Shown: positions 48,437 to 57,997 of the stretch, piece by piece | Layout of the letters: each line of letters starts with the position of its first letter | Numbering within the stretch: the first letter of the stretch is position 1 | Assembly: GCA_964348915.1 (NCBI GenBank) | Contig: CAYGEM010000001.1 | Coordinates: 10,360-74,359 of the forward strand | From: an uncultured Candidatus Saccharibacteria bacterium | Lineage (GTDB): Bacteria; Patescibacteriota; Minisyncoccia; UBA6257; Colwellbacteraceae | Length of the DNA stretch: 64,000 bases | Reading direction: 5' to 3' | Program-made: the position numbers and the translations under genes | Notes under the pieces: model-generated | What the model was told of the DNA's origin: nothing | Seen by the model: the letters and a program-made list of their open reading frames with translations, nothing else | The model's database searches: none

Positions 48437-50696
48437 TTTCGTTTAGTTCTTTGATAGTGGTTTTTAATGTTCCCTCATCAAAGACTCGTAAAACATAATT
48501 AAGTCCGCCGATATGCTGGAAAATCGGTTCGTTAAAAATAGAAACCTCAATCGGCGCGCGGCGAGCGATATACTGGCTTTTAACCAAACGCAAAATCTTG
48601 GCCTGCTCCGGCTCAAACTGCTTATCGATCATCCACGCTTCAAATAGTTCACCGATCCGGTCTTCGTATAATTGTTCTTCGGTGGGGAGATTTTGAATGC
48701 CAAGGGCTGTTTTTATAAAGTCATTCAATGTCCCGATTGGATAACGATACGCTTCGCGCAGATTCACTTCATTGAAATAAAACTTTGGCGAATTGAGGCG
48801 GTCCGCTAAAATTTGAGATTCGTCATTTGAAAGTTCCTGACCTTCTTTTACTTTTTTCACCAATGGCTCGGCTTGCGCAAGCTCCTGAACCTGTCGCTCC
48901 CAGGCAGTTTGATAATCATCGGAATCTATTCTTTCTCCTTCGGCTCCAATTTCAACATAGGCGCGTTTTATGACGACATCAATATTTTCTTGAGCGGTCT
49001 CTGCAACCTGAATGAAACCGGCCGGTACTTCAATATCTTCTTCAATAAAGTCCTTAGCTTCCGTTCCCCACGGGATACCAGCTTTGGCTTTGGCGATTTC
49101 TGAATATGGATTATAGCTTTCGTCATTAAAATACTTAGTAACGCCGGCAAAATCATAAATCCTAAATGATTTTTTATTAATCCGAGAATCAAGACGACTG
49201 CCACGGCCACGCATTTGCTGATATAAGATCGGCGATTGTGTCGGACGAACCATTATTATATTTTCAACCATTGGCGCATCAATGCCGGTATCCATCATAC
49301 CCACAGAAACAGCAATCGTTGGCATTTCTTCCAGCTTAAAGCGGCGAATAGCCCCACGAGGGTCTTCGGTGTCGGAAGTAATAACCTCCGCAAATCTGCC
49401 TTTATATTCCGGCTTAGCTTGATTGAAATAATACGCAAGCTGAGCGGCATGGCGTTTGGTCACCGCATAAACAATGGCTTTGCGCAATTTCTTCGGCTCG
49501 CCTGTGGTGAGCGAAGTCGAACCACGTTTTTCTTCTTCAGTAAAATAAGCTTGGACAACCTGCTCGTTTCTGGCCGGTATGTTTATCTTTCTTTCCAAGT
49601 CTTCCGGACTGTAATCTTCGCCTTCAAAATTTACACCTTCAAGCGATACTTTCGTATCAATCTGCACAATGTCATAGCCAGCCAGAAAGCCGTCTTTGAC
49701 TCCTCGGCGGATACTGTAAACAAAAGTCGGCTTTCCTTTCTGTTCCGTCTCGTCCCAACAGCCGAAAAGTTTATAAGTATTGCGATCAACATATCCGCTG
49801 GGCGTTGCCGTCATCCCAATGCGAATGGCATCAAAGTGTGAGAGGACGCCGTTATAAATACCGAAAATTGAGCGATGAGCTTCATCAGAAATGATCACAT
49901 CAAAATAACCGCTGGTGAATAATGAAAGCTGGGAATAGAGAGTCGGGAGAGTTGAAATGATTATTGACGATTCGTCGCGCTGTTTGCCGCCATAGAGCAG
50001 TTTGGATGGGTAGTCTTTAAGGATTTCGTCAAAGACTTCCTTTGTTTGAACTCCCAGATCAATGCGATCCACCAAAAAGAGAGCGCGATTGGCAAGTCCG
50101 GCTTCAAATAACCGTTTGAGATAGAGAGCTATTGTATCGGTCTTGCCAGTACCTGTTGCCATAACCAAAAGCATTTTGCGTTTGCCACCTTCAATAGCCT
50201 TGTCCATAATCTGCATCGCTTCTTTCTGGTATGGTCGAGGCGAGCGCCATTCACCGCCCTTGTAATACTTTTCCGGAATGGGAATAATCGACAATGGTTT
50301 CTGCTCAAGCCGGAGGGTTTGGATTTTCTCAAGATCGCGTTGCGAGAAAAAAGTAGCGACTTTTTGTTCCGGCCGATATTTATAGTCCCAAAAATAAATC
50401 TCTTCGCCGTTTGATAAAAAAATGAAACCGGCATTGATGGATTCCGCATATGAAAGAGCCTGTTGCTTGGCGGAAGCTGGATCAACAGCGAAACGCTTTG
50501 CCTCAATAACGGCTATGGCGCAACCCCTTGAATCTTTGAGAATATAATCAGCTCGGCCGTTCTGCGAAGTCTCTTCCGTAGAAACCTGATTTTTATTTTC
50601 AATATCCCACTCAGCTTCGCGAAGTCTGCGGTCAATGAGAATCCGCGCGTCGGTCTCACGCATAAACTTTTTTCCGGTTGTATCTTGAGTAGTCAT
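48408..50696 (-). CDS. hsdR: Type I restriction enzyme endonuclease/helicase subunit
   Basis: N-terminal PD-(D/E)XK nuclease (ADYIL...IEAKRF), SF2 helicase motifs MATGTGKT and IISDEAHRS; 762 aa; overlaps hsdM by 29 nt. Confidence 0.85.
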   Translation of the reverse strand: MTTQDTTGKKFMRETDARILIDRRLREAEWDIENKNQVSTEETSQNGRADYILKDSRGCAIAVIEAKRFAVDPASAKQQALSYAESINAGFIFLSNGEEIYFWDYKYRPEQKVATFFSQRDLEKIQTLRLEQKPLSIIPIPEKYYKGGEWRSPRPYQKEAMQIMDKAIEGGKRKMLLVMATGTGKTDTIALYLKRLFEAGLANRALFLVDRIDLGVQTKEVFDEILKDYPSKLLYGGKQRDESSIIISTLPTLYSQLSLFTSGYFDVIISDEAHRSIFGIYNGVLSHFDAIRIGMTATPSGYVDRNTYKLFGCWDETEQKGKPTFVYSIRRGVKDGFLAGYDIVQIDTKVSLEGVNFEGEDYSPEDLERKINIPARNEQVVQAYFTEEEKRGSTSLTTGEPKKLRKAIVYAVTKRHAAQLAYYFNQAKPEYKGRFAEVITSDTEDPRGAIRRFKLEEMPTIAVSVGMMDTGIDAPMVENIIMVRPTQSPILYQQMRGRGSRLDSRINKKSFRIYDFAGVTKYFNDESYNPYSEIAKAKAGIPWGTEAKDFIEEDIEVPAGFIQVAETAQENIDVVIKRAYVEIGAEGERIDSDDYQTAWERQVQELAQAEPLVKKVKEGQELSNDESQILADRLNSPKFYFNEVNLREAYRYPIGTLNDFIKTALGIQNLPTEEQLYEDRIGELFEAWMIDKQFEPEQAKILRLVKSQYIARRAPIEVSIFNEPIFQHIGGLNYVLRVFDEGTLKTTIKELNESVFSQQYAK

Positions 50697-50701
50697 AATA
50701 T

Positions 50702-51379
50702 TTAAATCAATTTGTGCTCTTTGAAGCTGAAATAATTCGCCTTACTGACGATCACGTGATCGTTTACATCAATTCCGAGAAGCTTGCCGGCATCTACCAA
50801 TTGCTTGGTTATGTCCGAGTCTTCCTGTGATGGCGATGGATCTCCGGCTGGATGATTATGAGCAATAATTACTTGCGCGGCTAAATGCCTGACTGCCGGC
50901 TCAAATACTTCCCGAGGGTGGACAAGATTGGTGTTAAGGGAGCCGACTGAAACGATTTCCCTCTTAATTTCTTGATTTCTGGAATCCAAAAAGAAAATTA
51001 CGAAATGCTCTTTTTTATGATCACGAATATCCTTGAGTTCATCCCAAACGTCTTTTGGCGATAAAAGCAAAACTGATTGTTTGTTTTGCAGGTGCCGGCG
51101 ACCGAGTTCGTAACAAGCAACGATTTCACACACTTTCGCACTTCCAAGACCGAATGTGTTTTTTAATTCTTTAACCGAAGCCTTAGCTAAACCAACGCCG
51201 CTGAATTTCCTTAAAATCTTGCTTGATAATTCCACGACATTAATACCTTCGCTTCCGGTCCGCAAGAGAATTGCCAAAAGTTCCGAATCTGAAAGCCGCT
51301 CTGGACCGTATTTCTCCAGTTTCTCTCGCGGCCTATCAATTTTTGGCAGATCTTTTATTTTCATATTCCGATCTTCCAA
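50702..51379 (-). CDS. radC: RadC-like JAB/MPN domain protein
   Basis: JAMM motif HNHPAGDPSPSQED, N-terminal helix-hairpin-helix-like region; 225 aa. Confidence 0.8.
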   Translation of the reverse strand: MEDRNMKIKDLPKIDRPREKLEKYGPERLSDSELLAILLRTGSEGINVVELSSKILRKFSGVGLAKASVKELKNTFGLGSAKVCEIVACYELGRRHLQNKQSVLLLSPKDVWDELKDIRDHKKEHFVIFFLDSRNQEIKREIVSVGSLNTNLVHPREVFEPAVRHLAAQVIIAHNHPAGDPSPSQEDSDITKQLVDAGKLLGIDVNDHVIVSKANYFSFKEHKLI

Positions 51380-52242
51380 TCGCCCTTTTCGATAAATGCC
51401 TCAATGGTCTGACGCTTGGCTTTATTAAGGGCGTTTGAATGAGAAAGACGGCTCTGTTTGGAATATTCAGAAAGCGTCACGATTTTTTTGTGTTCCAAAT
51501 ACGCCAATCGCTTGTGATAACTGTTAGTGAGTGCGCGACCGACAATTTCCTCCATGACCGCGGTTTTACTGTTTGTTTGAAATTCTTTGAAAGCATCATA
51601 GTATCTGGCACGATCGATAAACTTAATATTGATGGGCACGTATCCTTCGCGGATAAGCAGGTAATTATTGATCGCTCGGCCGATTCTGCCATTGCCGTCG
51701 ATAAACGGGTGCGCGTATTCGAAAGCAAGATGTAGCCGGGCGATCCTTCGCACGATATGTTCATGGCTTGAGGCGTTGTATTCCGCGAGCATCATTTTCA
51801 TGAGTTCGGGAATTTCTGATGCGTGCGGCGCGATATGAGTACCTACGCGTACACGCTCCTCGCCAATGCGGAATCTTCCGGCGATGTCATCGCGGATATT
51901 GGAAATGAGCATTTTATGCAAAAACAAAATAACCTCTTCAGATAGTTCCTGTTCTTTCGCTCGCTTGTCGATGTATTCCACCACCCGCGCGAGATTTTTC
52001 GCTTCGAAAAGCTCGCGCTCTGAGACGTATCGATCAAGATCGATCTGGAGAAGAATCTTTTCCGTCTCTTCGAGAGTAAGCGTACTGTTCTCGATGGCGT
52101 TGGAGTTGTACACCTGCTCCGGAATTTCCGCTTCCGCGATCATCTTGAGCAATGACTCTTTTCCGGGTGAGACGCGGTAATAGCGCTCGCGAAGTTCGAT
52201 TATTTTTTTGTATATATTTAGCGTTCTAGCCATATAAGGCAA
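51361..52242 (-). CDS. Fic/Doc family protein (probable AMPylator)
   Basis: Fic motif HPFIDGNGRIGRA; 293 aa; overlaps the radC-like gene by 19 nt. Confidence 0.85.
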   Translation of the reverse strand: MPYMARTLNIYKKIIELRERYYRVSPGKESLLKMIAEAEIPEQVYNSNAIENSTLTLEETEKILLQIDLDRYVSERELFEAKNLARVVEYIDKRAKEQELSEEVILFLHKMLISNIRDDIAGRFRIGEERVRVGTHIAPHASEIPELMKMMLAEYNASSHEHIVRRIARLHLAFEYAHPFIDGNGRIGRAINNYLLIREGYVPINIKFIDRARYYDAFKEFQTNSKTAVMEEIVGRALTNSYHKRLAYLEHKKIVTLSEYSKQSRLSHSNALNKAKRQTIEAFIEKGDWKIGI

Positions 52243-52365
52243 GTATAGTAAAGTTAACCATTATTGTCAAATAATCGTGAATTATACTAAAAAATCTACT
52301 TATTTCACGGTATTGATTCATCAAAACGCTATTTTGTGCAGTTAGATCACTGTAGTGGACAAAAT

Positions 52366-52460
52366 CGGTACTTTTTGTCCAGTGTACTTATACTATGCTA
52401 AAAATCCCTTTTTTGCATAGTACAGCGTGGAAACTATGCAAATAGTACAAAAGCGTACTA
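52366..52460. promoter_or_regulatory. Cluster of palindromic repeats (putative operators) upstream of the Fic gene
   Basis: TGGACAAAA-N8-TTTTGTCCA perfect inverted repeat, then TACTATGC...GCATAGTA and GCATAGT...ACTATGC inverted pairs and duplicated ATAGTACA; a TATAAT on the minus strand at about 52281-52286 upstream of the Fic ATG. Confidence 0.4.
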
Positions 52461-52821
52461 ATCGCGAAATGTCCATTTAATTTGCTTAAGTTAAGCAAAT
52501 CGCGCCAAGCTCTCAAATTTCGTCTTACGGCTTGGACCGGGTGCAGAAGGTGGGCAAAACTCTTACCCTCGGCACAAAGCCCGCCACAAGGGCAACCAAG
52601 TGGTGAAAACGGCATCCAAAAACCGCCTTCTTGTCCGGCCGTAGTTTTAACGAAGGCGGATCGGGCGGTCATGGTTTAAATCGTGGCAACCGGCACTTTC
52701 GATTGTCGTCCTCTCTTGTGCGGTTCGAATTTCAGCGGACCGAGATGTATTTGAAACGAAAGCCCTTCATTCGTGTATGTGGCTACGAATACTTTTTTCT
52801 TCTTTGTCCGCTTCATTTTTC

Positions 52822-53394
52822 TTATTTTGTCTTCTCCACCCTCTCCGCGTATGTTCCGGTTTCGGTATTAACGCGTATAATATCGTCCTGATTGATGAAA
52901 AGCGGGACATTAATTTTGACTCCCCCTTCAATAATGACCGCTTTGGTTCCGCCCTGAGCGGTGTTGCCCTTAATCCCCGGAGGAGATTCAATAACCTTAA
53001 AATCCATCTTTATCGGGATTTGAATTTTAATCGGCCTGCCATCTATCACAAAAGCGGTAACGGGAGTTTGAGGTTTTAAAAATTGCTTATTGTCTCCCAG
53101 AATTTCTTCGGAGATCATAAAACGGTTTTTGGGATTGCCGACTTCCTGAAACCAATATTCTTTCCTGTGCCCATAAAGAAAAATCGACTCCATTCTCTTC
53201 AGGTCTGTTTCTTCGATTTCATCGCTCGCTTGCCAAGTACGGTCAACAACTTTGCCGCTTACCAAACTCTTCAGCTTAGTCGTCACCACCGCTTTTCTTT
53301 GCTGCATGCGCATAAACGATACGTCCAGAACTTCAAAAATGTCGCCAGCAAATTTAATAACTACTCCTTTTTTGAGATCGTTGTATGAAAGCAT
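52822..53394 (-). CDS. efp: Elongation factor P
   Basis: 190 aa; EF-P N-terminal KOW-like and two OB domains (GDIFEVLDVSFMRMQQRKAVVTTKLKSLVSGK). Confidence 0.85.
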   Translation of the reverse strand: MLSYNDLKKGVVIKFAGDIFEVLDVSFMRMQQRKAVVTTKLKSLVSGKVVDRTWQASDEIEETDLKRMESIFLYGHRKEYWFQEVGNPKNRFMISEEILGDNKQFLKPQTPVTAFVIDGRPIKIQIPIKMDFKVIESPPGIKGNTAQGGTKAVIIEGGVKINVPLFINQDDIIRVNTETGTYAERVEKTK

Positions 53395-53430
53395 TTTTGC
53401 TCCTGCCCTTTTCTCTCACGACCGGATCGC

Positions 53431-54903
53431 TTATTCGGAAGGATTGACCTCTTTCGATTCCTCGACGGGAGATTTTTCCTCCGGCAGTTTCACCTCCATC
53501 GCCTCGGAAAGAGCCCGGCGCAAATCGTCAATGATTATAGGCCTTTTTTCCTTCGGCTTCAAAATTTTATCGAGCGACTGCTCCTCGCGCCGTTCTTTTT
53601 TTTCTCCCGCCCCTTCTCCACCCAGCCATTCAGAAGCAATCATTTTTTCGATGGCGACGCGCGGCACGCCGTACTGCCGACGGCTTTGTTCGATAATCAA
53701 ATCGGCAAAAGATTCTTTAGGCGGTTCGGTCAAGGTTATGGCCGGCAACACCTCGGCGGAAAAAGGATTGGAAACGGCGCCGTCGATGAGAAGTTTGACG
53801 TAAACGCTCGCCCGATCGAGATTGATAAGGTCGTTCGCGGTAAAATCAGGAGCGAATTCTTTTTCCAAAAATTCGGCGTCTTCGGCGCCGACCCGGAAAC
53901 AAACTATCGTGCCGACGTTGCCGAAAATCGCCGGCCGGACTTTCTCCTCGTCCAGTTGTTCAATGTACTGATGAGCCAGAGTGAGGCAAAGCCGGTATTT
54001 GCGCGCTTCGGAGAGAATGGCGGCGAACGATTCGGTGGAAAAATTCTGGAATTCGTCAATATACAGATAGAAATCGCGCCGTTCCTCCTCCGGCGTGTCT
54101 ATCCGGCTCATCGCGGCCTGCTGGATCTTGGTAACGAACATCGCTCCCAAGAGCGCGGAATTGTCTTCTCCTATCCGGCCGCGCGACAAATTGGCAATCA
54201 GGATTTTCCCCTCGTCGATTGCTTTCCGGATATTAATGGTGGATTTCGGCTGGGCGATAATATTCCGGACAAGAGGATTGGAGATGAACTGGCCGACTTT
54301 GTTCTGGATTGCCGCTACGGCTTCGATGGCGTAACGGTCGGTATATCTGGCGAATTCATTCTCCCAGAAGCTTTTGATAACCGGGTCGGCGACATTTTCG
54401 ACAATCTTGCGGCGATAATCTTTTTCGGAAAGCATCCGGATTATCCCGACGATGCTCGAACCGGGAAATTCAAGCAGAGCCAACAGAGTGTTGTTCAAAA
54501 TGTATTCCATGCGAGCAGACCAGACATCCGGCCATATTTTTTTGAAAACGCCCATCAATCCGGAAGCGATCAGATGCCGGTATTCGCCGGAGACGGCCTC
54601 CAAAGGGTTGAATCCCACGGGATATTCGGTGTCCGTCGGATTGAAATAAATCACGTCGTCAATCCGGTCGGCCGGAATATAACGCAGGATTTGTTCGGCG
54701 AATTCGCCGTGCGGGTCGACCAAAGCCATGCCTTCGCCATTACGGATATCGTGGATGAACATGTTCTCCATCAATTTGGTCTTTCCGCTGCCGGTTTTGC
54801 CGACGATATACAAATGCTGGCGCCGATCGCGACGCTTGATTCCGAAAGGCGTGTTTTTACCTCGAAAATTAGTTTGTCCGAAAAAATTGATTTCGTTCAT
54901 CAA
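53431..54903 (-). CDS. VirD4/TraD/TraG-family (T4SS coupling-protein-like) P-loop ATPase lacking an N-terminal membrane domain
   Basis: Walker A YIVGKTGSGKT, adjacent VDPHGE motif typical of T4CPs, Walker B LYIDEFQNF; 490 aa soluble. Confidence 0.5.
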   Translation of the reverse strand: MMNEINFFGQTNFRGKNTPFGIKRRDRRQHLYIVGKTGSGKTKLMENMFIHDIRNGEGMALVDPHGEFAEQILRYIPADRIDDVIYFNPTDTEYPVGFNPLEAVSGEYRHLIASGLMGVFKKIWPDVWSARMEYILNNTLLALLEFPGSSIVGIIRMLSEKDYRRKIVENVADPVIKSFWENEFARYTDRYAIEAVAAIQNKVGQFISNPLVRNIIAQPKSTINIRKAIDEGKILIANLSRGRIGEDNSALLGAMFVTKIQQAAMSRIDTPEEERRDFYLYIDEFQNFSTESFAAILSEARKYRLCLTLAHQYIEQLDEEKVRPAIFGNVGTIVCFRVGAEDAEFLEKEFAPDFTANDLINLDRASVYVKLLIDGAVSNPFSAEVLPAITLTEPPKESFADLIIEQSRRQYGVPRVAIEKMIASEWLGGEGAGEKKERREEQSLDKILKPKEKRPIIIDDLRRALSEAMEVKLPEEKSPVEESKEVNPSE

Positions 54904-54905
54904 AT

Positions 54906-56228
54906 TTATCCTATAGGCAGATTCGGCGGCGGCGCGCCTTTAACGGCCTTGACCGGACGAAGACCTGTCCCCTCAACAATCGTGGAAACCGGCAGATGGT
55001 AAATGCTTGCCAGTTCCTCAAGATTCAAAACCGGAAGATGGTACAAGTCCCGATGGATAAAATATCTGGTTTCCGGGAAAGAACGGTTCAAATAATTTTT
55101 GTAAATATTCTTTTTCCTCATCTGCAGAAGATATTTTCGGAAGAAAAAGCGGGGTTTCATAGTCCAAGTCGCCTTTGCCGGACCGAGCCAGTTCAAGTTG
55201 TTATCGGCGTAAAGCCGGGATGCGCCCATTAAAGCGGTAGTAATGCCGGAATTGTATGCGTCCATCTTGGCAATATAAACTTGCCGGATGGTTGTAGTGT
55301 AGCCCTGTTTGGAAATTTTATTCCCTACCGCTTTCATTCTGTCGGTCTCAACCGGAGAATATAAACGGAATGTCTTCTGCTCTTCTTTTTTATCTTCCGG
55401 CCAATCCGGCAATTCGAACGGCGCCTTGATTAAATTGCGAAGAAAATGAAATGTTTCTTCCACCATGGCGCCGATGAAATTCTTTTGGGTTTTGGCTTTT
55501 TGCCCGGTGGCCATTGCCTCAATCGCCTTTTTTCCTTCCTCTTTCCACTTTTCCGAGCTGGGCCGGATAAGAATTTGCATCCAGATGTGTTCTCCTTCTT
55601 TCAAATTCGACATAAGCTCGACAATGACGGAAATCGGGTCGACGCGCGCCTCTTCTTCTTTCCGGGCGGTTTCCTCAAAAAAATAAGTATAAGTCCGGAT
55701 GGGGAAATAATCCGGTTTTTTCAGAATAAACTCGACGCCCCACAAGTTATATTCGTCGTTCGGCAGATCCGGCGGCAGTTCCTTGGTATAATCCTCTGTC
55801 TCGACAATCTCGGCGTTCGGGTACTGCGAGAAAAAAGAGGACTCAATGATGTTGCGGAGTTTCTCGGGCGCCCGGACGTAAAATCTGACTCCGCCATCTG
55901 ACGAGCCGGCAATCTCGAGCGACATCCGATTATTCAATTTACCCGTAGTAATCCAAGTTTCTTCCCAGTGTATGGAAATATCCATCGAATACAAGCTGGC
56001 GAAAACATGCTCCATGGCTTTCGGCGTCCGGATATTTTCCTTGGGTATTTTTATCTCGTAAACCCGCCAATTCAGATTGCGAAGATATTTTTTCTGCAGA
56101 CGGATGCCGCGGCTGTAAAACAGATAATAAACAACCAAAACGATGGCAACGATAGGTGCCGCCTTGAAAGAATACGAAAACGCGTTGGTTATGAACGATA
56201 ATGCAAGTTGGATTGCATCAGCCATCAA
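54906..56228 (-). CDS. Hypothetical membrane-anchored protein partnered with the T4CP-like ATPase
   Basis: N-terminal TM (AAPIVAIVLVVYYLFYS) then roughly 400-aa soluble domain; its stop is 3 nt from the ATPase start and its start overlaps the upstream regulator by 4 nt. Confidence 0.4.
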   Translation of the reverse strand: MMADAIQLALSFITNAFSYSFKAAPIVAIVLVVYYLFYSRGIRLQKKYLRNLNWRVYEIKIPKENIRTPKAMEHVFASLYSMDISIHWEETWITTGKLNNRMSLEIAGSSDGGVRFYVRAPEKLRNIIESSFFSQYPNAEIVETEDYTKELPPDLPNDEYNLWGVEFILKKPDYFPIRTYTYFFEETARKEEEARVDPISVIVELMSNLKEGEHIWMQILIRPSSEKWKEEGKKAIEAMATGQKAKTQKNFIGAMVEETFHFLRNLIKAPFELPDWPEDKKEEQKTFRLYSPVETDRMKAVGNKISKQGYTTTIRQVYIAKMDAYNSGITTALMGASRLYADNNLNWLGPAKATWTMKPRFFFRKYLLQMRKKNIYKNYLNRSFPETRYFIHRDLYHLPVLNLEELASIYHLPVSTIVEGTGLRPVKAVKGAPPPNLPIG

Positions 56229-57043
56229 AGTGTATAAGTTCCCCGGCTGACCAGCTTGAATCTTCTGTCTTTTATCAATTCGTTATGCACGGTCGGCGGG
56301 TGACAGCCGGTCGTTTCCGCAATTTCGCGGAAATGCATAGGCACCGGATGTTTCTTGAGAATGAGGTAAATTTTGGCGCGTACAGTCCGCGGATTTATCT
56401 CCTCCCAATGGCTCAAGCCCAGGTCGCCGTACGGACCGATGCCAATTTTTTTGGAAACAGAAAGATAATTCATCGCCACTACCTCGGTTACGCCGTGCGG
56501 TTTTATCGCCTGACGCAGTATTTCCTCGAAATGCTCGACGCATTTCAACTTTTTGATAAGGTCGGTATGGATGGAATGCAGACGGCGATAAACATCTTCG
56601 CCCAGATACCAGAAATCGTGATAGGTGTCGTTCTCTCGGAAATGCTTGGGATATTCCGCGATCCGATAAATGAACTTGATTTGGTTTCCGAAAATATCCG
56701 GCTCCGTTCCGCTTTTAAACAATGAACGCAATTCATTCTTGGCCTGCTCGTGTCTTTTTATTCCGCCAGAAGAACCAAGATATTCCTTGGTAAAATCAAG
56801 CAGGTCATCCGCCTCCGACAACTTTTTCAATTCGATTTTGACGCGATTCACGGCATAAACCTCGACCTGTCTTATCCTTTCGCGAGTAATGCCGTAAACA
56901 TCTCCCAACTCCTGAAGAGTGGAAGGGTCGGGCGAAGATAAGCCAAATCTGTTTTCCAGCACGGTTTGGCTCCGACTATCTAAATCGGCCTTACGAATCA
57001 TTCTCTCCACAAGGCCGGCTATATCAAATTTGGTTTCGTTCAT
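56225..57043 (-). CDS. Sigma-70 region-4 domain DNA-binding regulator
   Basis: LQELGDVYGITRERIRQVEVYAVNRVK closely matches the sigma-70 region 4.2 HTH; no region 2; 272 aa. Confidence 0.5.
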   Translation of the reverse strand: MNETKFDIAGLVERMIRKADLDSRSQTVLENRFGLSSPDPSTLQELGDVYGITRERIRQVEVYAVNRVKIELKKLSEADDLLDFTKEYLGSSGGIKRHEQAKNELRSLFKSGTEPDIFGNQIKFIYRIAEYPKHFRENDTYHDFWYLGEDVYRRLHSIHTDLIKKLKCVEHFEEILRQAIKPHGVTEVVAMNYLSVSKKIGIGPYGDLGLSHWEEINPRTVRAKIYLILKKHPVPMHFREIAETTGCHPPTVHNELIKDRRFKLVSRGTYTL

Positions 57044-57070
57044 GGCAATTAATTCTTAATGAAGATGATA

Positions 57071-57964
57071 CTATTTTTTACGCTTCGCGTCAAGGTGATA
57101 CCACGCGGAAAGAATCGGGCTGGCCAGGAAGATCGAGGAATAAGTGCCGACGGTGGTGCCGACAAGAATAGTGAGGGCGAAATAACGTATAGAAGCCGGC
57201 CCCCAGAAATAAACGGCGAGCAAAACGAGAATCAAGGTAAGAGAGGTGTTGACGGAACGCCGGAAAGTTTCATTTATGCTCCGGTTTATCGTTTTGTCCA
57301 CATCGTCATTCCGGCGAAGGAAATTCTCCCGGATACGGTCGAAAACGACGATGGTGTTATGCGCGGAAAAACCGACAATCGTAAGTAAAGCGACAATGAG
57401 ATTGGTGTCGGCGACAAACCCCTTGAAATGGCTTAAAATCGCGTAAAAACCGGCGGCAATGACCGCATCGTGGACCAAAGCGATAAGCGCGGCAATGCCG
57501 TATTTATAAGAGCTTATCGGCCGTGAAACGCTCGAAAAGGCCAAGGTGATATAAAGGGAAATGACGAGAAGAACCAGAGCGATGGCGAGAAAGGCCTTGT
57601 TCTTCAGCTCGGAAGACACCGAAGGCGAAGTGCTCCAAAAATCCAGCTCCTCTGCTCCGGGAAAACGCGCTTTCAGCGCTTCAAAATCAGCCGCCTTTCG
57701 TTCCGGGGACATTTCCGGAAGAAGAAGGGAGTAGGAATCGGCAGAAGCGTCATAAGAAATTATCGGCTCGGAAACCTTCAGAGAATCCCGCAGAAAAACC
57801 CTGACCTCTTTTTCTTCGGCGCCGGGCAAGCGCATCTGCCAAAGGGAACCGCTTTTGAAATCGACTCCCGGAGTAAACCAGTAAAAGACGAGGGCCGCTG
57901 TCGCCACGGCGACCATGAGAAACGAGAATGACAGAAATATTTTTTTGTGCTTGATGATATCCAT
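57071..57964 (-). CDS. secF: Protein-export membrane protein SecF
   Basis: 297 aa, 6 TM, SecDF family, adjacent to secD. Confidence 0.85.
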   Translation of the reverse strand: MDIIKHKKIFLSFSFLMVAVATAALVFYWFTPGVDFKSGSLWQMRLPGAEEKEVRVFLRDSLKVSEPIISYDASADSYSLLLPEMSPERKAADFEALKARFPGAEELDFWSTSPSVSSELKNKAFLAIALVLLVISLYITLAFSSVSRPISSYKYGIAALIALVHDAVIAAGFYAILSHFKGFVADTNLIVALLTIVGFSAHNTIVVFDRIRENFLRRNDDVDKTINRSINETFRRSVNTSLTLILVLLAVYFWGPASIRYFALTILVGTTVGTYSSIFLASPILSAWYHLDAKRKK

Positions 57965-57997
57965 TTTATTATGCTTGTTTGTCTTCTTTATTATTGT

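Noticed and set aside
52700-52740. GGTTCGAAT element suggesting a tRNA or tRNA-like T-arm
   Set aside because: The flanking bases do not form a 5-bp T-stem or an acceptor stem on either strand.
53686-55002. 438-aa plus-strand ORF
   Set aside because: Antisense to the well-supported T4CP-like ATPase and membrane-protein genes; no motifs. The same reasoning applies to 61964..62857 (+) inside dnaK, 37282..38103 (+) inside aspS, 6553..7170 (+) inside the DHH gene and 32623..33120 (+) inside the M50 peptidase.
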